Origin: Candidatus Kerfeldbacteria bacterium | Lineage (GTDB): Bacteria; Patescibacteriota; Patescibacteriia; UBA9570; XYC2-FULL-38-9 | Direction of reading: 5' to 3' | NCBI GenBank assembly: GCA_016182555.1 | Contig: JACPGJ010000008.1 | Span: 455,411-519,410 of the forward strand | Length of the DNA: 64,000 nucleotides | In this document: in pieces, positions 28,670-38,034 of the stretch | Layout of the letters: the number at the start of each line of letters is the position of its first letter | Numbering within the stretch: position 1 is the stretch's first letter | Notes under the pieces: model-generated | Told to the model about the DNA's origin: nothing | What the model saw: only the letters and a program-made list of their open reading frames with translations | Databases searched by the model: none | Program-made: the position numbers and the translations under genes

Positions 28670-28701
28670 AACGCGCCTGACCAGTTAGCTATACCGCGAA
28701 C

Positions 28702-29304
28702 ATGAAAATTGTTCCTCCATCCATTCAACGACTCATTCGTGAATTCAACAAATTTCCGGGCATTGGTTCAAAAACGAGCGAACGCTTTGTTTTTCATTTA
28801 CTGAAACAACCGCGCACGGAAATTGAACAGCTGGCGCAAACGCTGCAAGATGTAAAAGTGAAAGTGCACTTCTGTAAAGAATGTTATACGTATACCGAAC
28901 AAGAGGTGTGCGAAATTTGCCGCAACCCGGAGCGGAACCGGGCATTTTTGTGCGTCGTCGCGGAGCCAAAAGATGTGTTGTCTATTGAACAAACCGGGCA
29001 GTTTGATGGCCGCTATCATGTGTTAGGTGGCGTGATCAACCACGCTGATGGCATTGGGCCAGAGCAGTTGCGCATGAATGAATTACTGGAGCGCGTGGAA
29101 CGTGAACATGTGCAAGAAGTGGTGATTGCGACCAATCCAGATATGGAAGGTGAAACCACGGCGGTCTATATTGCAAAACGTTTGGAAGGAAAACCGGTGA
29201 CGGTCACTCGTATTGCGCGTGGGCTACCAGTTGGTGCGGATATTGAATTTGCCGATGAAGTCACTTTAGGTAGTGCCATGAAAGCTCGCCAAAAAATTCT
29301 GTGA
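28702..29304 (+). CDS. recR: recombination protein RecR
   Basis: 200-aa ORF; C4 zinc finger CKECYTYTEQEVCEIC; Toprim domain. Confidence 0.9.
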   Translation: MKIVPPSIQRLIREFNKFPGIGSKTSERFVFHLLKQPRTEIEQLAQTLQDVKVKVHFCKECYTYTEQEVCEICRNPERNRAFLCVVAEPKDVLSIEQTGQFDGRYHVLGGVINHADGIGPEQLRMNELLERVEREHVQEVVIATNPDMEGETTAVYIAKRLEGKPVTVTRIARGLPVGADIEFADEVTLGSAMKARQKIL

Positions 29305-29356
29305 TATGAGAATCTAAAAAACTCCGGTGATGACCGGAATTTTTTGTATCTCGCTA

Positions 29357-29674
29357 TTATGCAGAAATTTTAGTAATTTGGAGTTCAGTATATGGTTGAC
29401 GGTGGCCGTAGGTACGAGCGTAGCGAACTTTCGCTTTGAATTTCTTCACCATCACTTTGCGTGCTCTCCCCTGCTTGATAATTTTTGCCGTCACGGTTGC
29501 GCCATCCACCAGCGGACTGCCAATTTTGGCACTGCTGCCATCTTCTGCGCCAGTCATGAGGACTTCTTCAAAATTGATTGTCTCTTGTTCTTTGGCGTCC
29601 AATTTTTCTACCTGTAAAACATCTCCTTCTTTAACGAGATATTGTTTTCCGCCAGTCTTGATTACTGCCATCAT
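29357..29674 (-). CDS. rplU: 50S ribosomal protein L21
   Basis: ORF trimmed to MMAVIKTGGKQYLVKEGD; L21 signature. Confidence 0.85.
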   Translation of the reverse strand: MMAVIKTGGKQYLVKEGDVLQVEKLDAKEQETINFEEVLMTGAEDGSSAKIGSPLVDGATVTAKIIKQGRARKVMVKKFKAKVRYARTYGHRQPYTELQITKISA

Positions 29675-29865
29675 ATCGTTTTCCCTTGAAACTATTAATA
29701 AATGAATCGAATAATAGTGTACCAACTCTTGGGCAATGAGTCAAGCGCTGGTGGTTGCCATTTGACCAGGTAGTGACTGTGGATAACTATCTTGACCAAA
29801 TAGCCGAGTTTCAGTATAGTTTCGCAACTCTTGGGTTCAAATTCCTGTTTTTTTACTGTTTCCGA

Positions 29866-29896
29866 ACCCAAAAAACCGCGGCACCACTTCGGTGCC
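29866..29896 (-). terminator. rho-independent terminator, minus-strand orientation
   Basis: Minus strand reads ggcacc-gaagt-ggtgcc followed by gcggTTTTTTggg; lies upstream of rplU and on the far side of the GC-rich insert from the DUF192 gene. Confidence 0.5.
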
Positions 29897-29917
29897 AATG
29901 TGCTTGTGGAGGTTGTG

Positions 29918-30364
29918 ATGTCTCGCCATCTGTCCCGTGTTCGTTTTTCTACTCAGATGATTCTGGCTGGCATGATGCTGATTGCGGTACTCGCCGTGAC
30001 CTGTTTCCTCGTTCCGAATGCCCGAGCGGCCGGCTCGAGCTTCGTGATCGAAACCGCATTCGCCAGCCAGGTGCTTCCGGAAACCCTGCGCACTAACGTG
30101 ACGATTCCGGAAGGGTATCAATGCCAGGCAGGCACATTCGCGAACTACCTCGACGAGCAATCCGGTGAGACCTTCAACACCGCGCGCGTCGGTGGCTCGT
30201 TCGCATTCCTGCTCTCGACGCCCACCCCGGGGATGGTATACATCTGCGAATCCTTCCCCGACGGTTGGTACTACGGCGAGGACGGCTGGGAGTACTACGA
30301 CGATCCGGTGTTCTGCTATGGGCGGACATCGGGTCGTTCGTTGAGAACCCTCATCGGCGAATGA
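29918..30364 (+). CDS. small secreted protein, Trp/Tyr/Gly/Asp-rich, in a GC-rich insert
   Basis: GGAGG 6 nt upstream of ATG; MSRHLSRVRFSTQMILAGMMLIAVLAVTCFLVPNARAAG signal peptide; about 60% GC versus about 45% in flanks; the plus-strand track ORF 29831..30364 is trimmed to this start. Confidence 0.6.
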   Translation: MSRHLSRVRFSTQMILAGMMLIAVLAVTCFLVPNARAAGSSFVIETAFASQVLPETLRTNVTIPEGYQCQAGTFANYLDEQSGETFNTARVGGSFAFLLSTPTPGMVYICESFPDGWYYGEDGWEYYDDPVFCYGRTSGRSLRTLIGE

Positions 30365-30605
30365 TCGCAGACCCACCGCGCTGGAACCAGGTTCCGGCGC
30401 CGTTATCTCCTGCCCAGAAAAGGCGACCACACTATGCGCGTCAAAGGTCGCCACGTGCTCCTGCTCCATGCCCTTCTTCATTCCTCCTCGTACGACGTAC
30501 CTGTAATGGGCAACGTCAAACGAGCGTTCGATCAGTCGTTCCAACGGCAGACGAACAAAATGAAGCGGGGCTCTTTTTTTTACTTACCATTCAACATAAC
30601 AAACA

Positions 30606-31091
30606 CTACTCCGCATTCCCTATTTCCACACTATCGCCAACCTGTATATGATATCTATTCACATCTCCAGCATAAATTTCAATGACGCGGTTCACCGGCA
30701 TATTTGGATAATACACATGTAAATTCGCATCCGCCACACCAGGTTCGGACTGCACATTCGCAGTGATATCCACAATACGGTTTCCATCAATCCACAAAAA
30801 ATCTAACGGTATGAACGTATTCTTCATCCAAAAACCGGTGGTCTGTTTTCGTGGAAATTCAAACAACATGCCGTGGTGTAGCGGCAATGTGGTTCGGTTC
30901 TGCAACCCTTGTTCTCGCTCGGCATCTGAATCTGCAACTTCTAACATAAAATCCGCGTCTCCTAAACGCGCTTGTACAACCGTTTTTTCTTCCAACGCTT
31001 GTTGTGTGCGTTGTGTATGCAAATAGTACCGCACGCCGAGCACCGTTCCTGCGACCGCGGCCAACAAAAAAATGACCATTATTTTTCTCAT
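30606..31091 (-). CDS. DUF192-family protein (secreted or membrane-anchored)
   Basis: 161-aa ORF; N-terminal TM; HHGMLFEFPRKQTTGFWMKNTFIPLDFLWIDGNRIVDI matches the DUF192/COG1430 pattern. Confidence 0.7.
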   Translation of the reverse strand: MRKIMVIFLLAAVAGTVLGVRYYLHTQRTQQALEEKTVVQARLGDADFMLEVADSDAEREQGLQNRTTLPLHHGMLFEFPRKQTTGFWMKNTFIPLDFLWIDGNRIVDITANVQSEPGVADANLHVYYPNMPVNRVIEIYAGDVNRYHIQVGDSVEIGNAE

Positions 31092-32167
31092 ATACTTTTT
31101 CGGCGATAGGCACGTACCACAATAGCAGCGACAACAACCATGACGAAAACCAACACACCCATCGCGACAATTTTTTGTTTTGATTCCAAAAATAACGATA
31201 TGGTTCCAAACACCGCTGTTAATGTATATAACACTAATACTGCTTGCCGTTGCGACAAACCAATGTCCACCAAACGAAAATGCAAATGTTTTCGATCAGC
31301 AGCAAACGGTGAACGTTTTTCAAAAAACAACCGGCGCACAATAATCCACGCAACATCTAAAATCGGGATGCCCATAATCAACAACGCAGTCGCGATTTTT
31401 CCGCCAGAAATAATGGAAAGCACGCCTAACATAAAACCAGGATACAACGAACCGGCTTCACCCAAAAATATTTTTGCTGGGTGAAAATTCAATACCAAAA
31501 ATCCAGCAAAGGCGCAGCCAACAATAAACGCAATACCCGCGGTTTCCGGTTGATACACTTCCTGCGACAAGCTCAACCAAAACAAAATGAACATGCCGAT
31601 CACCGTAATCCCTGAAACCAACCCATCTAATCCATCTAAAAATTTGGTGGTATACATCATGCCCAATAACCACACAACGGTAAACACATCACTGAATACA
31701 GTGATCGAATACGGCAATCCGTTGATACGGAACAGGGTAATATCTACCACATCCAATCGCCAAATGCCGCCCAACGGGTTGGTAACATAATCAATTCCTA
31801 CTCCAGAAGCCACGATCACGACCACTGCAAGAACGGGCGCAATCACTTGATAGCGCGGCGGTAAATTATACCGATCATCCAGCCCTCCACCAATGCCAAT
31901 AATCAAACCGCCTAACAACACGCCGGCCAGATGTTTCCACAATAAATACCCGTGCACTAGCCAGGGCGATGCCACCAGCAACCCAATACTACAAGCGACA
32001 ATCACCGCCATGCCGCCAAGTAATGGTGTCGAGCGCGCATGCTGCTTTCGTTCATGCGTTGGTTCATCAATAATATGTTTCGCTAACGCAAAACGCCGTA
32101 CGAGTATAGTGAATACAACCGAAAGAAAAAATGTGCTGATTCCAATAATGAGTATATCTGTACTCAA
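31088..32167 (-). CDS. polyprenyl-phosphate N-acetylhexosamine-1-phosphate transferase (GT4, MraY/WecA family)
   Basis: 359-aa polytopic ORF; GGLIIGIGGGLDD and FLDGLDGLVSG motifs. Confidence 0.75.
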   Translation of the reverse strand: MSTDILIIGISTFFLSVVFTILVRRFALAKHIIDEPTHERKQHARSTPLLGGMAVIVACSIGLLVASPWLVHGYLLWKHLAGVLLGGLIIGIGGGLDDRYNLPPRYQVIAPVLAVVVIVASGVGIDYVTNPLGGIWRLDVVDITLFRINGLPYSITVFSDVFTVVWLLGMMYTTKFLDGLDGLVSGITVIGMFILFWLSLSQEVYQPETAGIAFIVGCAFAGFLVLNFHPAKIFLGEAGSLYPGFMLGVLSIISGGKIATALLIMGIPILDVAWIIVRRLFFEKRSPFAADRKHLHFRLVDIGLSQRQAVLVLYTLTAVFGTISLFLESKQKIVAMGVLVFVMVVVAAIVVRAYRRKSI

Positions 32168-32178
32168 GGTCGCAAAAA

Positions 32179-32577
32179 TTAATGACTCGAATGTTCATCC
32201 AAAAAATTCTGCAACATAATCTGTGCGGCAACGGCATCGCGGTCTTCATTTTTCACGCCTTGCAATAATTTCTTTGCCATCTCCGTGGTTAAACGTTCAT
32301 CAATCGTTTGTACGGGCACCGATACATGATTGCGTAATTTTTCAATAAACCGATTCACATGCTCGGTCATTTCCGTTGGTTCACCGCTCATATTTATTGG
32401 CAATCCCACAACCACTGATTCGACCTGATCTTCTTCAATGATCTGTTTAATACGGTCAATCACCTCTGGTTGGCTCGACAATGAAATACTTCCTTTCAAT
32501 ACGGCAAGACGACCTTCTGGATCAGAAATGGCAAGACCAGTGCGTTTTGAACCGTAATCAATTCCTAAGTATCGCAT
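32179..32577 (-). CDS. ruvX: Holliday-junction resolvase-like RuvX/YqgF
   Basis: 132-aa ORF; MRYLGIDYGSKRTGLAISD. Confidence 0.85.
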   Translation of the reverse strand: MRYLGIDYGSKRTGLAISDPEGRLAVLKGSISLSSQPEVIDRIKQIIEEDQVESVVVGLPINMSGEPTEMTEHVNRFIEKLRNHVSVPVQTIDERLTTEMAKKLLQGVKNEDRDAVAAQIMLQNFLDEHSSH

Positions 32578-32580
32578 ACA

Positions 32581-33327
32581 TTATTGTTGAGTCAGTATTT
32601 CTGGACCGCGTTCTGTAATCACGATCGTATCTTCAAAATGTGCGGATAGTGTACCATCGAAGGTGCGAACCGTCCACCCATCATCTTCAAAAACAACACG
32701 AGCGCTGCCAATATTCACCATAGGCTCAATAGCCAATACCATCCCCGCTGCTAACCGAGGACCCGTATGTGGTTGCCCATAATTTGGTACCTGCGGTTCT
32801 TCGTGCACATCTTCGCCAACGCCGTGCCCCACCAATACACGCACCACACTAAAATTCTCCGCTTCCACATAAGTTTGAATTGCTGCACCAATATCACCAA
32901 TAGTATTGTCTGGTACTAATTCTTGCACACCTAAACGTAGAGATTCCTCCGTAATGCGAATCAATTTTTGAGCCTCCGCAGTAATAATGCCCACCGGAAT
33001 TGTACGCGCCATATCGGTACAAAAACCCTTGAAACGAACGCCGCAGTCTAAACTCAATATATCTCCTTCTGCAATTACCCGCTTCCCCGGAATGGCATGC
33101 ACCACTTCATCATTGATCGACGTGCAGATGGATTTTGGATATCCACGATAACCTAAAAAAGAAGATTCTGCACCGTGTTGTTGAATCGTTTTAACAAATA
33201 GTGCATCCAAATCATTCGTGGTCATCCCAGGACGAACAGCATCAATCAACACCGCCATGGCGTTAGCTAAAATTTTTCCACCTTCGCGCAATGCTTGAAT
33301 TTGTTTGGGTGTTTTAATCAAAGCCAT
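32581..33327 (-). CDS. map: type I methionine aminopeptidase
   Basis: Trimmed to MALIKTPKQIQALREGGKIL; metal ligands in HGVGEDVHE...; follows adk. Confidence 0.85.
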   Translation of the reverse strand: MALIKTPKQIQALREGGKILANAMAVLIDAVRPGMTTNDLDALFVKTIQQHGAESSFLGYRGYPKSICTSINDEVVHAIPGKRVIAEGDILSLDCGVRFKGFCTDMARTIPVGIITAEAQKLIRITEESLRLGVQELVPDNTIGDIGAAIQTYVEAENFSVVRVLVGHGVGEDVHEEPQVPNYGQPHTGPRLAAGMVLAIEPMVNIGSARVVFEDDGWTVRTFDGTLSAHFEDTIVITERGPEILTQQ

Positions 33328-33337
33328 ACACGGGCGG

Positions 33338-33982
33338 TTATGCCAATGCAGCAAGCACCCGTTGCCAAACATCGTCAATACTTCCAACGCCATCAATACG
33401 GTGCAATACACCGCGCTGTTCATATCTGGCCAGCAGTGGTTCGGTTTCTTGGTGATAAATCGTTAACCGTTGTTTAATGCCTTCCGGTGTATCGTCTGGG
33501 CGTTGAATCAATTCGCGCCCACACACATCGCAGCGGTTTGCTGATTTTGGCGGTTTGAATTCTAAATGATAGGTGATATTGCAATTGGTACATGAACGTC
33601 TTTGCGACAAACGCCGTATGGATTCGCTTTCTGGAATATCAATCAACAGTGCATGCGTTACCGTCGCCATAGCATCCATCGCATTCGCTTGATCTTCATT
33701 ACGTGGGTAACCATCAATAACAAACCCATTCACAGCATCTTCTTTTTCTAATTCTTTTTTCACTACCCAATTCGTCAATTCATTTGGCATCAATTTGCCG
33801 GCGTTGTAAATTTCTTCAATTTGCTGGCCAATTTCAGACTGTTGAGCAATCTCTTGCCGGAAAATATTACCTGGGTAAATATGTGGAATACCAAAAAAAG
33901 CACTCAACCGTTCGGCTTGCGTCCCCTTGCCAGATCCTTGTGGCCCAAATAAGATAATTTTTTTTGGGTCGCTCTCTGGCAT
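33338..33982 (-). CDS. adk: adenylate kinase
   Basis: Trimmed to MPESDPKKIILFGPQGSGKGTQ; LID zinc motif CTNCNITYH...CDVCG. Confidence 0.85.
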   Translation of the reverse strand: MPESDPKKIILFGPQGSGKGTQAERLSAFFGIPHIYPGNIFRQEIAQQSEIGQQIEEIYNAGKLMPNELTNWVVKKELEKEDAVNGFVIDGYPRNEDQANAMDAMATVTHALLIDIPESESIRRLSQRRSCTNCNITYHLEFKPPKSANRCDVCGRELIQRPDDTPEGIKQRLTIYHQETEPLLARYEQRGVLHRIDGVGSIDDVWQRVLAALA

Positions 33983-33983
33983 A

Positions 33984-35276
33984 TTAAAATTGTTCGTAAT
34001 CACGAAGAGTGAGTTGCGCTTCAATCTGTTTCACGGTTTCGAGAGCCACAGAAACAACGATCAATAAACTGGTACCACCGATGGCAAAATTTTGTAAACC
34101 GCCACTAGCAAATGCTTGTAAAATAAGTGGTAATACCGCAATGATTCCTAAAAATAACGCACCAGTTAATAAAATACGGTTCGATGTTTGGTGCAAATAA
34201 TCAGCCGTGGCTTTGCCAGGACGAACACCGGGAATAAAACTACCACCACGTTGTAAATTTTCTGCAATGCGGTCAGGGTGAAAAACAACAGCAGTATAAA
34301 AATAGGTAAAGGCGACCACCAATACAAAATAGATAATGCCATAAATAAGCTGATTGGCAAATGCAGCGATAACACGATCTAAAAACCCATTTAAATGAGG
34401 GATATTATACGGCTTCAAATATTGTGCAATTAATGAGGGAGCCAACACCAATGAAACTGCAAAAATAATGGGAATGACACCGGCTTGGTTAATACGCATG
34501 GGTAAATGACTTTGTTGCCCCGAAGTGGTGTGGTGCCGCGCGTGAGAAATAGGAATATTGCGCTGGCCTTCGGTGATAAAAACCACTCCAATAATGGTAA
34601 TAAACCCAACAAGTAAAAAACCGAGCAATGATGGTAATTGAGAAGAATCAAAGGTGACAAAAACTTGTTGAATATTGGAAGGAAGCCCGGCAATAATACC
34701 CGCAAAAATAATCAGTGATACACCATTACCCACATGTTTTTCAGAGATCAGCTCACCCAACCACATGAGAAAAATAGAACCCGCCGTCACTACGGTGATT
34801 GCAACCACCCAATCAAACACACTCATACCGTTCGATAAAATACTACCACCAGAAGCATTCTGGAGCAGGGTAATCGTGCCGTATCCTTGCAACGCTGCAA
34901 GTGGAACGGCAAGCAAGCGTGTATATTGATTGATCCGTTGCTGACCAGAAGCTCCTTCTTTCGCCATCTCTTCCATTTTCGGAACAATCATCTGTAATAA
35001 TTGGAAAATAATGGATGCCGTGATATATGGCCCCACGCCTAACATGACAATAGAAAAATTTTCCAACGCGCCTCCGGAAAAAATATTTAAAAACCCAAGA
35101 AATTGATTCTGGGAAAACAATGATTCCAGAGCACCGGTATTAACGCCCGGAATAGGAATATGCGCCGCAATACGAAAAATACACAGCAGCATCAAAACAA
35201 TTGCAATCGTTTTGCGCAATTCTTTTGTTTTCCAAATTTTTTTCACCACGTTGTTCATTGATCTTCTCCTCCTCAC
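33984..35276 (-). CDS. secY: preprotein translocase SecY
   Basis: 430-aa, 10-TM ORF following rplO. Confidence 0.9.
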   Translation of the reverse strand: MRRRRSMNNVVKKIWKTKELRKTIAIVLMLLCIFRIAAHIPIPGVNTGALESLFSQNQFLGFLNIFSGGALENFSIVMLGVGPYITASIIFQLLQMIVPKMEEMAKEGASGQQRINQYTRLLAVPLAALQGYGTITLLQNASGGSILSNGMSVFDWVVAITVVTAGSIFLMWLGELISEKHVGNGVSLIIFAGIIAGLPSNIQQVFVTFDSSQLPSLLGFLLVGFITIIGVVFITEGQRNIPISHARHHTTSGQQSHLPMRINQAGVIPIIFAVSLVLAPSLIAQYLKPYNIPHLNGFLDRVIAAFANQLIYGIIYFVLVVAFTYFYTAVVFHPDRIAENLQRGGSFIPGVRPGKATADYLHQTSNRILLTGALFLGIIAVLPLILQAFASGGLQNFAIGGTSLLIVVSVALETVKQIEAQLTLRDYEQF

Positions 35277-35283
35277 TCAATGG

Positions 35284-35781
35284 TTATTTTTTTGTTGTGA
35301 CTACTTTTTTCTTACCGCGAGATTTGATTGATTTTTTGGTCGGGTGAAGCACTGCTTCAAATGATCCTTTCGCATGAATAATGGCAGTTTGAGCAGTTGC
35401 AGATGCGGCGTGTACACGAACGGTTAAAGCTTTTTTGAGTTTACCGGTCGACAATATTTTCACTGGCGCTTCAATCGTTTGAATCAATCCTTTTGCAAGC
35501 AACGCAGCGGAATCGACCACGGCACCATTTTCAAAATGTTTTTCTAATTGTTTTAAGCTGACCACTTGGGTGCTGCCCGCTAATGAACGAAAACCTCGGG
35601 TTTTCGGCAATGCCATAATACTCTGTTTCAACCCACGCAATTTCAAACCACTGCGGCCACCAGAACGTGCACGTTGTCCTTTCAAACCACGGCCTGCATA
35701 ATTTCCTTTCGAAGCATTACCACGACCATAGCGTTTGCGTTTTTTTCCGTGAGCTTTGGGGAGTGAGTGTAGAGTCAACAT
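35284..35781 (-). CDS. rplO: 50S ribosomal protein L15
   Basis: KRKRYGRGNASKGNYAGRGLKGQRARSGG; directly follows rpsE with no L30 gene between. Confidence 0.9.
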   Translation of the reverse strand: MLTLHSLPKAHGKKRKRYGRGNASKGNYAGRGLKGQRARSGGRSGLKLRGLKQSIMALPKTRGFRSLAGSTQVVSLKQLEKHFENGAVVDSAALLAKGLIQTIEAPVKILSTGKLKKALTVRVHAASATAQTAIIHAKGSFEAVLHPTKKSIKSRGKKKVVTTKK

Positions 35782-35782
35782 A

Positions 35783-36460
35783 TTATTGATGTGCTTTTAT
35801 CTTTTGAATATCCTCGCCTGTAGAGAGGCTGCGCAGCGCTTCTAACACGGCACTGACATTACTAATTTTATTCTTTGAACCTTGCATTTTCGCTACAATA
35901 TTTTTAATACCGGTCAATTCCATCACCACACGAGTTGGACCACCAGCGATGACGCCAATACCTGGTTTTGCCGGTTTCAATAATATTTGCGCTCCTTTAA
36001 ATTTCTGTGTCACTTGGTGCGGAATCGTACCATTCATGAGCCGTACATGAATCAAATGCTTTTTGGCTTGCTCGGTGGCTTTTGCGACTGCTAATTGAAC
36101 ATCTGCGCCTTTCATCACCCCCATACCAACACGACCTTTTTTGTCGCCCACCAACACACAAGCGCGGAAACTCATACGTTTGCCACCAGCCATAACGCGG
36201 GTGACGCGAGCCAAATCAATAATCGTAGATTCAAATTCATCTTTCTGGCGGTCATCACCTTTTCGACCCCGCCCTCTTCCACCACGGCCTCCGCGACCAC
36301 CTTGGTTATTGCCACCACGTCCGCCTTGTCCTCCACCATAACCACCACGACCACCCGAGCGTTCATTCCGTCGGTTCGGTGATGCTACCGGTGCAGCAGA
36401 AATTGGAGCTGGTGTTGTATCCATATTTGGTGTTGCTGATAATGCTTCTGGTTGTGTCAT
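35783..36460 (-). CDS. rpsE: 30S ribosomal protein S5 with ~70-aa Gly/Arg-rich N-terminal extension
   Basis: IIDLARVTRVMAGGKRMSFRACVLVGDKKGRVGMGV S5 core; N-terminus GGRGGYGGGQGGRGGNNQGGRGGRGGRGRGRKG. Confidence 0.9.
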   Translation of the reverse strand: MTQPEALSATPNMDTTPAPISAAPVASPNRRNERSGGRGGYGGGQGGRGGNNQGGRGGRGGRGRGRKGDDRQKDEFESTIIDLARVTRVMAGGKRMSFRACVLVGDKKGRVGMGVMKGADVQLAVAKATEQAKKHLIHVRLMNGTIPHQVTQKFKGAQILLKPAKPGIGVIAGGPTRVVMELTGIKNIVAKMQGSKNKISNVSAVLEALRSLSTGEDIQKIKAHQ

Positions 36461-36483
36461 ACAATGATTCGTTCTCGTAATTA

Positions 36484-36831
36484 TTAAAATTGCAATCCAG
36501 CTGCGCGTGCGCCTTCTGCCACTGCTTTCACTCGACCATGATAGCGAAATGCACCACGATCGAAAATCACTGCTTCAACCCCCTTTGCCTTCGCCTGTTC
36601 TGCAATCAAGGTACCAACGGCCGTTGCGCGCTGCGATTTTGCACCAGGAATTTTCTTATCATCAGCGAATGCTAACGTTGTGCCTGCATCATCATTAATC
36701 AACTGCGCGCTAATGTGTTTCAGTGTACGGTGAACAGACAGCCGTGGACGTGTTGCGGTGCCATGGATGCGCGCACGGGTGCGGTGTGCTCGGCGTGCGT
36801 TTGCTAATTGTTTCGTTTTTGCGGTATTCAT
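36484..36831 (-). CDS. rplR: 50S ribosomal protein L18
   Basis: 115-aa ORF, L18 signature, position between rplF and rpsE. Confidence 0.9.
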   Translation of the reverse strand: MNTAKTKQLANARRAHRTRARIHGTATRPRLSVHRTLKHISAQLINDDAGTTLAFADDKKIPGAKSQRATAVGTLIAEQAKAKGVEAVIFDRGAFRYHGRVKAVAEGARAAGLQF

Positions 36832-36860
36832 AGTATGTACTGATTCATCTTATCATGTAT

Positions 36861-37412
36861 TTATCCCTTATCACCAGCGGCTTGTTTCCCAGCCTTACGT
36901 CGGATCTGCTCATCAGCATATTTAATCCCCTTCCCTTTATATGGTTCGGGTAATCTGATTTTGCGAATATTGGCAGCAAGTTCACCAACTAACTGTTTAT
37001 CAATACCGGCAAGTGTGAGTACGTTACCTTCGACACTGGCGGTGATACCCTCTGGTAATTCCACCACTACCGGGTGCGAATATCCACATTTAATAGTGAG
37101 ATTCTTGCCAGCGACATTCCATCCATATCCCACGCCATTGATCTCTAACTTTTTCTCATAGCCGGCCGAAACACCAGTAATCATATTTTTCATCAGCGAG
37201 ACAAAGGTGCCCCATACTGCGGACTGTTTTTTCACTTCCGGTTTTTCAACACTCACCAACACACCATCCGGCCCAATATTCATGGAGACTACCGGGTGAA
37301 TCGCGTGCTGCAATGTTCCTTTTGATCCTTTAACGGTCACCACGCCGGCATCCACAGTGACGGTCACGGATTCTGGAATAATAATGGCTCGTTTTCCTGC
37401 TCGTATAGACAT
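36861..37412 (-). CDS. rplF: 50S ribosomal protein L6
   Basis: Trimmed to MSIRAGKRAIIIPESVTV. Confidence 0.9.
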   Translation of the reverse strand: MSIRAGKRAIIIPESVTVTVDAGVVTVKGSKGTLQHAIHPVVSMNIGPDGVLVSVEKPEVKKQSAVWGTFVSLMKNMITGVSAGYEKKLEINGVGYGWNVAGKNLTIKCGYSHPVVVELPEGITASVEGNVLTLAGIDKQLVGELAANIRKIRLPEPYKGKGIKYADEQIRRKAGKQAAGDKG

Positions 37413-37416
37413 AGAA

Positions 37417-37806
37417 TTAAAAAATTTCGCAAATAACTTCTCCACCAATTTTCTCTGTTCGGGCTTGCGTATTGGTCATGAGCCCTCGAGAAGTAGAGAT
37501 AATGGCTAACCCAAGGTTATCAAAGACATACGGCAACTTCTTGAAACCAACATACACACGGCGCCCAGGGGTGCTAATACGTTTAATCACCTGAATGGCT
37601 GGACGTTTATTGAGGTACTTTAACTCAATCTGTAATACGGGGAATCGTTCATTTTTCAGCACATTCACGCTTTTTACATACCCTTCAGCTAATAAAATAT
37701 CGGCCAGCTGATGCTTCATTTTTGAGTATGGCAACGTCACCTCGGTTTTATCAACCGCCTGAGCGTTACGTATGCGTGTTAACATGTCTGCAATTGGGTC
37801 TGTCAT
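37417..37806 (-). CDS. rpsH: 30S ribosomal protein S8
   Basis: MTDPIADMLTRIRNAQ. Confidence 0.95.
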   Translation of the reverse strand: MTDPIADMLTRIRNAQAVDKTEVTLPYSKMKHQLADILLAEGYVKSVNVLKNERFPVLQIELKYLNKRPAIQVIKRISTPGRRVYVGFKKLPYVFDNLGLAIISTSRGLMTNTQARTEKIGGEVICEIF

Positions 37807-37829
37807 ATATCTATAATCATTTTATCGAT

Positions 37830-38024
37830 TTACCAGCTGGATTTCCGTATTCCTGGAATATCCCCTTTACTCGCCAGTTCGCGGAAGCAGATACGGCATA
37901 GTTCAAAATCGCGCATATATCCATGGCCGCGGCCGCACTTCCAGCAGCGTCGGTTCACCCGCGTAGAAAATTTTGCTTTCACTCGCGAGCGTCGTGATTT
38001 CACAATTTGGGATGTTTTTGCCAT
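37830..38024 (-). CDS. rpsN: 30S ribosomal protein S14, type Z (zinc-binding)
   Basis: 64 aa; [20 protein letters not shown]. Confidence 0.9.
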   Translation of the reverse strand: MAKTSQIVKSRRSRVKAKFSTRVNRRCWKCGRGHGYMRDFELCRICFRELASKGDIPGIRKSSW

Positions 38025-38034
38025 AGGTCGTCAA

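Noticed and set aside
29837-30544. 235-aa minus-strand ORF spanning the GC-rich insert
   Set aside because: Arg/Gly-rich composition typical of a GC-driven shadow frame. The opposite strand carries a gene with a GGAGG ribosome-binding site and a clear signal peptide. The minus-strand terminator at 29866-29896 would fall inside this ORF.
36095-36382. Several short ORFs inside the rpsE N-terminal extension region
   Set aside because: They arise from the GC-rich Gly/Arg codon repeats of the S5 extension read in other frames.
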